From Halorarum halobium (GTDB lineage Archaea; Halobacteriota; Halobacteria; Halobacteriales; Haloferacaceae), in NCBI RefSeq assembly GCF_032116555.1, contig NZ_CP134949.1, forward strand, positions 1,488,001 through 1,552,000: a stretch of 64,000 bases of DNA, given 5' to 3'. Position 1 is the stretch's first letter. Each line of letters opens with the position of its first letter. Of this stretch, positions 26,503 through 35,883 are shown one piece after another. Both the position numbers and the translations under genes were made by a program. The notes beneath the pieces are model-generated. The model saw only the letters and a list, made by a program, of their open reading frames with translations. It was not told the origin of the DNA and did no database searches.

Positions 26503-28419
26503 ATGACGGACGAGGGCGGCGGCCGGTCGGGGACGGAGACCGACCCCGACGGGGCCGCTGACACGGGGGACCAGGGTGCCGGCGAGCCCGACCCGCTCGC
26601 CGACGATTCGGACCCGGACGGGGTCACGATGGACGAGTTCTACGACGTCGTCGAAGCCGAGGAGCGACCGGTGCTCACGGCCTCGCAGGTCGCCCGCAGG
26701 GCGGGGCTGAGCCAGGCCGGGGCCCGCGACGCGCTCGACGACCTCTCCGACGGCGGTGACCTCGAGCGCGTCGACGTGGAGACGGATCCGGTCGTCTACT
26801 ACCCGAGCACCTGGGGCGAACTGGCCGAACGCGAGCGGGTCGTGCTGTTTCCCGAGCGTCGGGAGGTCGTCGTGGATCGGCCGACACAGTACACCCGCGC
26901 ACGGCTCTCGCAGTTCGCCCACCTCGTCGACTCGACCGGAACCGAACCCGGCACTCGCGGCTACCTCTACGAGATCCGCCAGGAGGACGTCTGGGCGGCG
27001 CCGTTCGAGGACTGCTCCGAACTGCTCGCGCGGATGCGGTCGGTGTTCCCGCGTCGCTCGCCGCACCTGGAGGGCTGGGTCGAGGACCAGTGGAACCGGG
27101 CCAACCAGTTCACGCTCGAAACGCACGAGGAGGGCTACGTCGTCCTCTCGGCCGAGCGCGAGGAGCTGATGGGCAACGTCGCCCGGCAGAAGCTCGACGA
27201 GTCGCACCTCCAGGCCGACATGTCGGACACCGAATCCTGGGTCAACACCGAGGAACTCGGCGCGATCAAGCGCATCCTCTACGAGGCCGGCTACCCGGTC
27301 CGGGACGAGCGCGACCTGGAGTCGGGCGACCCGCTCGACGTCTCGCTCGACGTGGACGTTCGGGCGTACCAGGCGGACTGGCGTGACCGCTTCCTGGAGA
27401 AGCGTGCCGGCGTCTTCGTCGGCCCGCCCGGGAGCGGGAAGACCGTCGCGGCCATCTCGGTCCTCGCGGCGGTCGGGGGCGAGACGCTGATCCTCGTGCC
27501 GTCCCGGGAACTCGCCGGCCAGTGGACGGCGGAACTGCGCCGACACACCGACCTCCCCGAGGACCGGATCGGCGAGTACCACGGCGGGACGAAGCAGGTT
27601 CGGCCCGTCACGATAGCGACCTACCAGACCGCGGGGATGGATCGGCACCGCTCGCTGTTCGACTCGCGCGAGTGGGGCCTGGTCGTCTACGACGAGGTCC
27701 AGCACATCCCCTCGGACGTGTTCCGCCGGACGGCGGACCTCCAGACGAAACACCGGCTCGGCCTGTCGGCGACGCCGGTCAGGGAGGACGACCGCGAGGA
27801 GGAGATCTTCACGCTCATCGGGCCGCCGATCGGGACCGACTGGGGCGCGCTGTTCGACGCGGGCTACGTGCAGGAGCCGGAAGTCGAGATCAGATACGTT
27901 CCCTGGCGACACGACGACGCGCGAAACGAGTGGGCGAGCGCGGACCGCCGGGAGAAACACCGCGTCGCCGCGCGAAACCCGGCGAAGGTCGAGGAGATCC
28001 GACGGTTGCGGGACAAACACGACGACGCCAAGGCGCTGATCTTCGCGGACTACCTGGCCCAGGGTGAACGGATCGCGGAGGCGCTCGGAGTCCCGTTCGT
28101 CTCCGGGGAGACGCGCCACGCGGAGCGTCGACGGCTGTTCGAGGAGTTCCGGCAGGGCGAGCGGCGGACGCTCGTCGTCTCCCGAATCGCCGACGAGGGG
28201 ATCGACCTGCCGAACGCGGAACTCGCGGTCGTCGCCTCGGGACTGGGCGGCAGTCGTCGGCAGGGGGCACAGCGCGCCGGCCGGACGATGCGACCCGCGG
28301 GCTCGGCGCTGGTGTACGTGCTCGCGACGCGGGGGACGAGTGAGGAGGACTTCGCCCAGCGGCGGATGAACCACCTCGCGGAGAAGGGCATCAGGGTGCG
28401 CGAACGGACGGTCGAGTAG
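26503..28419 (+). CDS. rad25: XPB/Rad25-family SF2 helicase with N-terminal HTH
   Basis: GPPGSGKT, DEVQH, LGLSATPVRED, DEGIDLP, SRRQGAQRAGR. Confidence 0.9.
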   Translation: MTDEGGGRSGTETDPDGAADTGDQGAGEPDPLADDSDPDGVTMDEFYDVVEAEERPVLTASQVARRAGLSQAGARDALDDLSDGGDLERVDVETDPVVYYPSTWGELAERERVVLFPERREVVVDRPTQYTRARLSQFAHLVDSTGTEPGTRGYLYEIRQEDVWAAPFEDCSELLARMRSVFPRRSPHLEGWVEDQWNRANQFTLETHEEGYVVLSAEREELMGNVARQKLDESHLQADMSDTESWVNTEELGAIKRILYEAGYPVRDERDLESGDPLDVSLDVDVRAYQADWRDRFLEKRAGVFVGPPGSGKTVAAISVLAAVGGETLILVPSRELAGQWTAELRRHTDLPEDRIGEYHGGTKQVRPVTIATYQTAGMDRHRSLFDSREWGLVVYDEVQHIPSDVFRRTADLQTKHRLGLSATPVREDDREEEIFTLIGPPIGTDWGALFDAGYVQEPEVEIRYVPWRHDDARNEWASADRREKHRVAARNPAKVEEIRRLRDKHDDAKALIFADYLAQGERIAEALGVPFVSGETRHAERRRLFEEFRQGERRTLVVSRIADEGIDLPNAELAVVASGLGGSRRQGAQRAGRTMRPAGSALVYVLATRGTSEEDFAQRRMNHLAEKGIRVRERTVE

Positions 28420-28467
28420 ACGCCTTCCGGAGCGACCTCGACCTCGATCCCGTTCGCGTGACCGGCC

Positions 28468-29235
28468 TCACTCCTCGAACTCTGGTTCGGCCCACTTCCC
28501 GTCGGCCTCGACAGAGGCGAGCGCGTGTTCGATCTCCGCCCCGGAGAACTCGACGTCGTACAGTTCCATGTTCCGCCGCTGCCACTCCGCACTGAGTCCG
28601 GTTTCGCCCTCCGGACCAACCCGAGCACCGTGGGTCTTGAAGAACCGAGCGCCGCGGCCGAGCCGGGATCCCTCGCCGGTGTGTTCGTCGAACGCGACGT
28701 CGTACTCGCCGCCGGGTTCGAACTCGCCGACCGGGAAGTCGTCCTCCGGCTCCTCGCCCCGCTCGCGGGCCGCCGCACGCTCCTCGGCCGCGTTCCGGAA
28801 GTACTCGTCGGCGTTCGGGCCCTCACGGGTCGAGGTCGCGCGGGCACAGGCGAGCGCGGCGTGGATCGCACAGAGCCGCCCGCGCCACTCGCCGGGCTCC
28901 CAGCGCTCGGTCGCCAGTTCCTCGTAGCGCTCGACGAGCAGCGCGACGTCCTCGCCCGCGCGGAGGTCCTCCACGACGTAGAGGGTCAGCCGGTCCCAGA
29001 GGTTCCACGCGAACCCGGAGCGGGCGAGTTCCCAGGCCGCCCACGCAGCGACCTCCTCGTCGGAGCGCCGGACGGCCTTCTGGAGCAGGCTGGACACCGC
29101 GTAGCGGCTGTAGCCGCCGTCCGTCTCGCCGGCGTCCTTGGGCTCGCCGAAGTCGTTCGTGTCGTCCGCGTCGGGGTCGCGCTCGGAGAGGTCGCCGTCG
29201 GCCCCGAAGGTGGCCTGTCTGCCCTCGTCGTCCAT
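28468..29235 (-). CDS. Stand-alone RarA/MgsA C-terminal-like protein with no ATPase domain
   Basis: YAVSSLLQKAVRRSD...W.RL...VVEDL matches the RarA post-ATPase helices (S.xxKS.RGSD..RRL...ASED); no Walker A/B. Confidence 0.65.
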   Translation of the reverse strand: MDDEGRQATFGADGDLSERDPDADDTNDFGEPKDAGETDGGYSRYAVSSLLQKAVRRSDEEVAAWAAWELARSGFAWNLWDRLTLYVVEDLRAGEDVALLVERYEELATERWEPGEWRGRLCAIHAALACARATSTREGPNADEYFRNAAEERAAARERGEEPEDDFPVGEFEPGGEYDVAFDEHTGEGSRLGRGARFFKTHGARVGPEGETGLSAEWQRRNMELYDVEFSGAEIEHALASVEADGKWAEPEFEE

Positions 29236-29350
29236 GTCGGTCGAATGTGGAGCGTGCGCGATAAACCCCCCGACGGAGGCGTGGTTCGACGTGGCGAACG
29301 GCCGATGAATGAGAATCCTTAAGTTCGCAACCGGGCGAGTAGCAGACGGA

Positions 29351-29424
29351 CCGCCCTTAGCTCAGCCTGGTAGAGCAGCCGACTGTAGATCGGCTTGTCC
29401 CCCGTTCAATTCGGGGAGGGCGGA
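29351..29424 (+). tRNA. tRNA-Tyr (GTA)
   Basis: Acceptor CCGCCCT/AGGGCGG (C1-G72); anticodon arm GCCGA-CT-GTA-GA-TCGGC; promoter AATCCTTAAGT at 29314. Confidence 0.97.
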
Positions 29425-29651
29425 CTTTCTCGCGAGTCGATACACCGCGGAACGGAGTCACGCAGTCGGACGGTTCACACCCGCAGTGTTTGGGCGAACG
29501 GGTAACCTGACTCGTGGTAGCGCCGTCGCTCGTCAGCGAGCGGCCGAGCGTATCGAGGGAGCGAGGACCGTTCGATCGAAGCGGAGGCCCGTTCTCAGTC
29601 GAGCCGGACGGCCTCGTGCGGGATGGTTTCCCTGAGCCTCCGGAAGGGTTC

Positions 29652-30251
29652 TCAACGGAACGTGTCGCCCCAGTCGCCGCCGTGGACGTGTTCCTCGACG
29701 TCCTTCCGCCGGCGAGTGTCTCCAGATCCCTCGATTCGCTCGTCCGCAGGATGGCCGACGGTGATCGCGCCGATGGGGTCGTACGCCTCGGGCACGCTGA
29801 AGGCGTCCCGGAGCGCCGGCCAGTCCTCGTCGGGGATGCCGAAGAACAGCGCTCCGAGTCCCTCGGCGACTGCGGCGTGGAGGACGTTCAACGCGGCCAT
29901 CCCGGTGTCGATGTACCAGTACGGCACCGGCCAGCGCGACTCCTCGCGGTCGGTCCACCCCTTGTCTGGCTCGGCGTACCGGTCGAGATAGTCGTCCTTG
30001 CAGGCGAACGGTACCACCACCAGCGGCGCCCTGCGGACGCGCTCGGGCTGGACGTTGTGCTCGTTGGTCGACCAGAACCGCTCGCGGTCCTCCGGCGACT
30101 CGAGCACGAGGAAACCGAACCCCTGGCTGAACCCGGCCGATGGCCCCTGTAGCCCGGCGGTGACGATCCGCTCTGTTGCACCCTCGTCGATCGGATCCTC
30201 GCGGAAGTTCCGGACCATCCGACGGCGATGGATGACCTCGTCGTACTCCAT
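29652..30251 (-). CDS. Nitroreductase family protein
   Basis: RRRMVRNF, GPSAGFSQG, DTGMAALN..AVAEGLG, ITVGHP. Confidence 0.9.
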   Translation of the reverse strand: MEYDEVIHRRRMVRNFREDPIDEGATERIVTAGLQGPSAGFSQGFGFLVLESPEDRERFWSTNEHNVQPERVRRAPLVVVPFACKDDYLDRYAEPDKGWTDREESRWPVPYWYIDTGMAALNVLHAAVAEGLGALFFGIPDEDWPALRDAFSVPEAYDPIGAITVGHPADERIEGSGDTRRRKDVEEHVHGGDWGDTFR

Positions 30252-30543
30252 ACGCCGCGGTACGAACGTGCCCACTAAAGTCCTGCAGGCGACGTCGGCT
30301 GGTGGGTTGTCGCCGCTCCCGAGGGCAGTTTCCGATTCGTCGTGGTTCCGCTCCGGGGAAATCGTGGCCCGGTCGAGCAACGCGTTCGGACGCGTCCTCG
30401 ACTGCTACGCGGAATCGAACCGGTCAGTTCTCCACCACCACGCGGAAGCAATCTGACGGCTAGAGGTCTCACGGCGGTTACCCGGCACGGTGCCGCTCGA
30501 GCGTCCCGATGCCGCCAGTACACGGGCTCACACCGATCACAAC

Positions 30544-31719
30544 TCAGAGGGGGTCCAGTTCGTCCTCCTCGTCGGTGATCAGCTCCTGGATCTCCGCCGC
30601 GCGCTCCTCGGCCTGCTCGGAGACGTTCTCCCGGGCGTCGACCGCCTTCTCCTGCAGGGCGTCGATCCGCGGCGCGTCCGTCACGTTCGAGAGGAGGACG
30701 ACCGCCGACACCGTGTCCGCGTACGGCCGCGGGCTGTCGCCGGCGAGCACCTCGATGCTGCCGGTCCGCTGTTCGAGCCAGCGGCGGGCGCTCTCAATGC
30801 CCTTCCGCGAGAACTCCTCCGGCGGGCCGGAGACGACGATGAGCGACCGCTCGGCCGACTCCACGTCAGCCGGGAGGGTCAGCCTGGACTGGATGGCTTG
30901 TCGGACCAGCCCGCTGAGCTTCTTGGCCGGGTCCGTTGGCTCGTCGGCACCGTTCGTCCGGAGTCGGGCGAGCAGGCCGCGGGAGTCCTTCGTCGACGGC
31001 TCGACGTCGGTCTCGGCGTACGCGATCGTGCTGACCCCGCCGGTCCCCAGCGTCCGCCTGATGTCGCTCGCGTCCATCGCGTTCTCCGAGACCGTCTCGC
31101 CGTCGACCTCGCCGGCGGAGAGCAACGCTTCGATCCGCGTTGCGATCTCCCTGTTGGTCCGGTCGTATCCGGCACCCACGGAGTCCTGGTGGCCGCGCCA
31201 CGAGTCGTTGTCGAAGACGAGCAAGTTGTCCGTCGACTCGGCGAACGAGCGGAACGAGCGGGCCGCGTTGTACGACGCCCGGCCGCCCTCCTCCTCGCTC
31301 GGCAGGATGCCGAGCCCGTACACTGGCTCGTCGTACGTCTCCCGGAGCGCCGCGCTCAGGACCGGCGCGCCGCCGCTGCCCGTTCCCCCGCCCAGCCCCG
31401 CGACCACGAGGAACGCGTCGATGTCGTAGACTGGCACTTCGTCGAGTGCGCGTTCGATCTCGTGGAGGTCACGTCGCGTGACCTCGGCGCCCAGGTCCGG
31501 GTCGCTTCCGACGCCGTGGCCCTTGACCCGCTCGTCGGTCTGCCCGATCAGGAGCTGTTTCCCCTCGGGGATCCGGTCCAGCTTCGCAAGATCAGTTCGT
31601 GCCGAGTTGACAGCGAGGACGGCGCTACAGAGCGTGCGCTCCCGGTCGAGCTGGTAGGTGAACACGGCATCGGCGACCTTGCCGCCGGCGTTCCCGACCC
31701 CGATGAGCGCGATCTTCAT
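30544..31719 (-). CDS. cetZ: CetZ tubulin/FtsZ-family protein
   Basis: IGVGNAGGK, KGHGVG, GLGGGTGSGG, FDND; DASD T7 loop of CetZ type. Confidence 0.92.
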   Translation of the reverse strand: MKIALIGVGNAGGKVADAVFTYQLDRERTLCSAVLAVNSARTDLAKLDRIPEGKQLLIGQTDERVKGHGVGSDPDLGAEVTRRDLHEIERALDEVPVYDIDAFLVVAGLGGGTGSGGAPVLSAALRETYDEPVYGLGILPSEEEGGRASYNAARSFRSFAESTDNLLVFDNDSWRGHQDSVGAGYDRTNREIATRIEALLSAGEVDGETVSENAMDASDIRRTLGTGGVSTIAYAETDVEPSTKDSRGLLARLRTNGADEPTDPAKKLSGLVRQAIQSRLTLPADVESAERSLIVVSGPPEEFSRKGIESARRWLEQRTGSIEVLAGDSPRPYADTVSAVVLLSNVTDAPRIDALQEKAVDARENVSEQAEERAAEIQELITDEEDELDPL

Positions 31720-31881
31720 GCGTGCGGAAGCGTCTCTCCGTGAGCCGGTTAGTTATGAAGATGATTATCGAGGGTCGCCTCGCTAGGTTCTGCTTACTCC
31801 ACGGTCACTCGCCGGCCTTCGGTCGGTGCTCTCGGCCGCTCGCGGTCCAGTTTTATGCCCCTCGCATCCGAACGTCGTCCC

Positions 31882-32466
31882 ATGGCTCACGTAGCTGTGG
31901 TCGGTGGCGGTGCCGCCGGACTGTCGGCCGCGATGTTCGCCGCGAAGAACGGGCTCGACGCGACCGTCTTCGACACGGACGCGAGCTGGCTGCACAAGGC
32001 ACACCTGTTCAACTACCCGGGAATCGACTCGCTCGACGGCGACGCGTACCTCGACGTGGCGCGGGAGCAAGCGAAGCGGTTCGGCGCGGAGATCAACCAG
32101 GGCGAGGAAGTCACCGCGGTCACGGACGAGGGCGACCTCGCCGTCACCACCGAGGACGGCGAGTACGACGCCGACTACGTCGTGCTGGCGACCGGCGCGA
32201 ACCGCGACCTCGCGGAGGAACTCGGCTGTGAACTGACCGACGAGGGTGCGGTCGACGTGGACGTGACGATGGAGACCAGCGTCGACGGCGTGTACGCGAC
32301 CGGCGCGATGGTCCGGACGGAGGAGTGGCAGGCCGTCATCTCGGCCGGCGACGGCGCGGCCGCGGCGCTCAACGTCCTTTCCCGCGAGCGCGGCGAACAC
32401 TTCCACGACTTCGACACGCCCGCAGACGCCGACGAGGCGCTGGGAACCCTGATCGACGACGAATAG
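31882..32466 (+). CDS. Short thioredoxin-reductase-like FAD-dependent oxidoreductase
   Basis: VVGGGAAGLSAA, NYPG, VLATG, TSVDGVYATG. Confidence 0.88.
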   Translation: MAHVAVVGGGAAGLSAAMFAAKNGLDATVFDTDASWLHKAHLFNYPGIDSLDGDAYLDVAREQAKRFGAEINQGEEVTAVTDEGDLAVTTEDGEYDADYVVLATGANRDLAEELGCELTDEGAVDVDVTMETSVDGVYATGAMVRTEEWQAVISAGDGAAAALNVLSRERGEHFHDFDTPADADEALGTLIDDE

Positions 32467-32475
32467 CGCGGGCGG

Positions 32476-32570
32476 ACTCACCCCACATCGTCTCATCTCA
32501 CCTCGTCTCATCTCACCTCTTCCCATCTCACCACATCTCGTCTCATGCCGCACCATCTCGTCTCCTTCCG
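32476..32570 (+). repeat. Degenerate pentanucleotide (YCTCR) tract
   Basis: About 19 phased pentamers, e.g. TCTCA TCTCA CCTCG TCTCA TCTCA CCTCT. Confidence 0.85.
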
Positions 32571-32725
32571 GCGAAGGTTGAAAGCCGATGAGGGGACCAG
32601 CCCGTCCGTGACCTGACCGACCGACGGCGGGGGGTCAGCGATCGCGCGGCCGCCCCCTCGCCGAACCGACCGTGCCGTCTGTCCGCAAACACAAGCGATA
32701 ACGGCGTTGCCCGGAAGCGGGGAGT

Positions 32726-33643
32726 GTGTCGTCGTTCGTCGTCGTCGAGAACCGCGTGCCACCGTTCGCAGCGCTCGCGGTCGCCGTCGTCGCGATCTCG
32801 ACGAGCGCCATCCTCGTGGAGTGGAGCCGAGCGCCGAGCCTCGTGAAGGCGCTCTACCGCGTCGTCTTCACCGTCGCGGCCCTCATGCCGGTCGCGCTCG
32901 CTCGGCCGAGCGACCGCGCCGGGTTCCGACAGCTTCGCCGTCGGGACACGCTACTTGCCGTGCTCGCGGGAGTCGCGCTCGCGATCCACTTCGCGTCGTG
33001 GTTCGAGAGCCTCCGCTGGACGTCCGTCGCCGCCAGCGTCACGCTCGTCCAGGCCCAGCCGCTGTTCGTCGCACTCGGCGCGTGGGCGCTGCTCGACGAG
33101 CGGGTCACGCCCAGGATGGTCGCCGGCATCGGCGTCGCGCTCGTCGGAATGGCCGTGATGAGCGGCGGCGACGTCGTGCTCGGGACGGCCTCGCTCGCCG
33201 GCGAGCGGCCGCTGTTCGGCAACGCGCTCGCCGTCCTCGGCGCCGTCACCGCCGCGAGCTACGTGCTCGCGGGGCGGTCGCTCCGCCAGCGACTCCCGCT
33301 CCTGCCGTACGTCCTCGTCGTGTACGCGAGCTGTGCCGTCGCGCTGTTCGCGGCGACCCTCGCCAGCGGCCACCCGCTATTCGACTACCCGGTGCGGGAA
33401 TGGCTGCTGTTCCTCGGGATGGCTGCGGGGCCGGGCATCTTCGGCCACACCGTCATCAACTGGGCGCTCGCACACGTCGAGTCGAGCGTCGTCTCCGTCT
33501 CGCTGCTCGGCGAACCCGTCGGGAGCACGCTGCTGGCGGTGGTCCTACTCTCAGAGTATCCGACGCCGGTGACGCTGGTGGGCGGAGCCATCGTCCTCGG
33601 CGGCGTGTACGTCACCGCCGCGGCACGGGCGAGGGGAACCTGA
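32726..33643 (+). CDS. DMT/EamA family transporter
   Basis: About 10 TM; HFASWFESL..TSVA, QPLFV, GHTVINWAL, LGEPVG. Confidence 0.9.
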   Translation: MSSFVVVENRVPPFAALAVAVVAISTSAILVEWSRAPSLVKALYRVVFTVAALMPVALARPSDRAGFRQLRRRDTLLAVLAGVALAIHFASWFESLRWTSVAASVTLVQAQPLFVALGAWALLDERVTPRMVAGIGVALVGMAVMSGGDVVLGTASLAGERPLFGNALAVLGAVTAASYVLAGRSLRQRLPLLPYVLVVYASCAVALFAATLASGHPLFDYPVREWLLFLGMAAGPGIFGHTVINWALAHVESSVVSVSLLGEPVGSTLLAVVLLSEYPTPVTLVGGAIVLGGVYVTAAARARGT

Positions 33644-33671
33644 CCGGACGTCACGCGGACCGGTTCCGTTC

Positions 33672-34154
33672 TCACTCCTCCAGTAGCGCCCTCGTCCGCC
33701 GGTGACGGTCGCGGAACATCGGCTCGAAGCCGACCTGAGCGAACGGTCCGAGTACCCTCCCGACCGCTCCGCCGGGGAGCCGATACTGCACCTCGTCCTG
33801 GACGAGGGTTCCGCCGTCCTCGGCGCGAAACCGGTGGGTGTGTCGCCACCTCGGAAACGGCCCCTCCTCCATCGTGTCCACGAAGTAGCCCTGGTCGTCG
33901 CCCCTGGCCCGCTCCCGAATCAGCGCGGTCCACGGCTGTCGGGGGCCGACGCCGAACGGCCTGACGCTCATCTCCAGTCGGGTCCCGGGCTCGAGCACCT
34001 CCGGGTCGAGTTCGCCGTCCGGACCGACGACGCGCTCGATGCGGAGGTTCATGAACGCGGGCGTCACCGATTCGAGGCCGGATTGCCGCGAGTGGAACGA
34101 CCACACCTCCTCGAACGGCGCGTCGACGTGGGTCCGACGGCGATAGGTGCTCAC
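33672..34154 (-). CDS. SRPBCC (START-like) family protein
   Basis: GTG start; APFEEVWSFH...FVDTMEEGPFPRWRHTHRF...MFRDRH (real portion of track ORF 33672..36251). Confidence 0.85.
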   Translation of the reverse strand: MSTYRRRTHVDAPFEEVWSFHSRQSGLESVTPAFMNLRIERVVGPDGELDPEVLEPGTRLEMSVRPFGVGPRQPWTALIRERARGDDQGYFVDTMEEGPFPRWRHTHRFRAEDGGTLVQDEVQYRLPGGAVGRVLGPFAQVGFEPMFRDRHRRTRALLEE

Positions 34155-34295
34155 GGTCGGATCGTCGGCCCGCCGGTAGAAACAACCTCCGGCGGTGACC
34201 CCGTCGGCCGGAACGACCGTCCGTGACGACGCTGCCGGACCGCGAACGACGACGGTATCGGTGGCTTTTACGACTCGTCCCACCGAGAGTCGAGT

Positions 34296-35708
34296 ATGAG
34301 CGAGGACGGAGACTTCCGCATCGAACGGGACAGCCTCGGCGAGATGGAGGTGCCGGCGGACGCGTACTGGGGCGCACAGACCCAGCGCGCGGTCGAGAAC
34401 TTCCCGATCTCGGGCATCGGGTTCGGCCGCCGGTTCGTCCGCGCGCTCGGCGTCGTCAAGAAGTCGGCCGCGCAGGCGAACCGCGACCTCGGACACGTCG
34501 AGGAGGACGTGGCGGCGGCGATCACCGACGCGGCGGACGAGGTCATCGCCGGCGACCACGACGACCAGTTCCCCGTCGACGTGTTCCAGACCGGCTCGGG
34601 CACCTCCTCGAACATGAACGCCAACGAGGTCATCGCGAACCGGGCCGCGGAACTCATGGGCGAGGGGATCGGCGACCGCGTCGTCCACCCGAACGACCAC
34701 GTCAACTTCGGCCAGTCGAGCAACGACGTGATTCCGACGGCCATGCACGTCGCGTCGCTCGAGGCGGTCGAGAAGGACCTCATGCCGGCCCTGGAGGAAC
34801 TCCACGCGGCGCTGGAGGAGAAGGAGGCCGAGTTCGACGGCGTCGTCAAGACCGGGCGGACGCACCTGCAGGACGCGACGCCCGTCCGGCTGGGCCAGGA
34901 GTTCGGCGGCTACCGCGCCCAGATCCAGAAGGGCATCAAGCGCGTCGCCGACGTCCGGTACCACCTGCGGGAACTCGCGCTCGGCGGGACCGCCGTCGGC
35001 ACGGGGCTCAACACCGACCCCGAGTTTCCCGAACTCGCGGCCGAGTACGTCTCCGAGGAGACGAACACGCAGTTCCGCGAGGCGGACAACCACTTCGAGG
35101 CCCAGGCCGCCCACGACGCGATGTCGGAGGCGCACGGCGCGCTCCGCACGGTCGCCGGCAGCATGAACAAGATCGCAAACGACCTCCGACTGCTCGCTTC
35201 GGGCCCCCGGAACGGCCTCGGCGAGATCGAACAGCCGGAGAACCAGCCGGGCAGCAGCATCATGCCGGGGAAGATTAACCCCGTCGTCGCGGAGGCGGTC
35301 AACCAGGTCCACAAGCAGGTCGTCGGCAACGACGCCGCCGTCTCGGCCGGGGCCGCCGAGGGACAGATCGACCTGAACCTCTACAAGCCGGTGCTCGCTC
35401 ACAACTTCCTCCAGTCGGCGGAACTGCTCGCCAACAGCGCGTCGGTGTTCGGCGAACGCTTCGTCGCCAAACTCGAGGCCAACGAGGAGTACTGCGCCGA
35501 GCGCGTCGAGCAGTCGATGGCGCTGGCGACGGCACTCAACCCCGCGATCGGCTACGACAGGGCCAGCGAGGTCGCCAAGACCGCGCTCAAGGAGGACAAG
35601 ACCGTCCGGGAGGTCGTTCTGGAGAAGGGGTACCTGACCGAGGAGGAGGCCGACGAAGTGCTCGATCCGGAGGCGATGACCCACACCGGGATTCTGGGCG
35701 AGGACTGA
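34296..35708 (+). CDS. fumC: Class II fumarate hydratase
   Basis: YWGAQTQRA, QTGSGTSSNMN, GRTHLQDA, GSSIMPGKINP. Confidence 0.97.
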   Translation: MSEDGDFRIERDSLGEMEVPADAYWGAQTQRAVENFPISGIGFGRRFVRALGVVKKSAAQANRDLGHVEEDVAAAITDAADEVIAGDHDDQFPVDVFQTGSGTSSNMNANEVIANRAAELMGEGIGDRVVHPNDHVNFGQSSNDVIPTAMHVASLEAVEKDLMPALEELHAALEEKEAEFDGVVKTGRTHLQDATPVRLGQEFGGYRAQIQKGIKRVADVRYHLRELALGGTAVGTGLNTDPEFPELAAEYVSEETNTQFREADNHFEAQAAHDAMSEAHGALRTVAGSMNKIANDLRLLASGPRNGLGEIEQPENQPGSSIMPGKINPVVAEAVNQVHKQVVGNDAAVSAGAAEGQIDLNLYKPVLAHNFLQSAELLANSASVFGERFVAKLEANEEYCAERVEQSMALATALNPAIGYDRASEVAKTALKEDKTVREVVLEKGYLTEEEADEVLDPEAMTHTGILGED

Positions 35709-35827
35709 ACGGAACTGGGAGTCCGTGAAGGTCGGAGAGGACTGAACGGAACTGGGAATCCGTGAAGGTCGGCGAGGACTGAACGGAACCGGGAATCCGC
35801 GGACGCCGGCGAGGATTGAACGAACGG
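35700..35827 (+). repeat. 37-bp tandem repeat (about 3.4 copies) starting in the last codons of fumC
   Basis: Units GAGGACTGAACGGAACTGGGA(G/A)TCCGTGAAGGTCGG(A/C) at 35700 and 35737, more diverged copy at 35774, partial copy at 35811. Confidence 0.92.
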
Positions 35828-35883
35828 TCACCGTGGAGCCGACACCTATCAGTTTTTCTTGGCGGCGTGACAACGACCCACGC

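Noticed and set aside
26503..28419. Helicase as part of a restriction or anti-phage system
   Set aside because: Motifs are XPB/Rad25-like, composition is host-like, and no methylase or recognisable defence gene is adjacent
35700..35827. 37-bp repeats as a CRISPR array
   Set aside because: Units are head-to-tail with no unique spacers, derive from the fumC 3' end, and no cas genes are present
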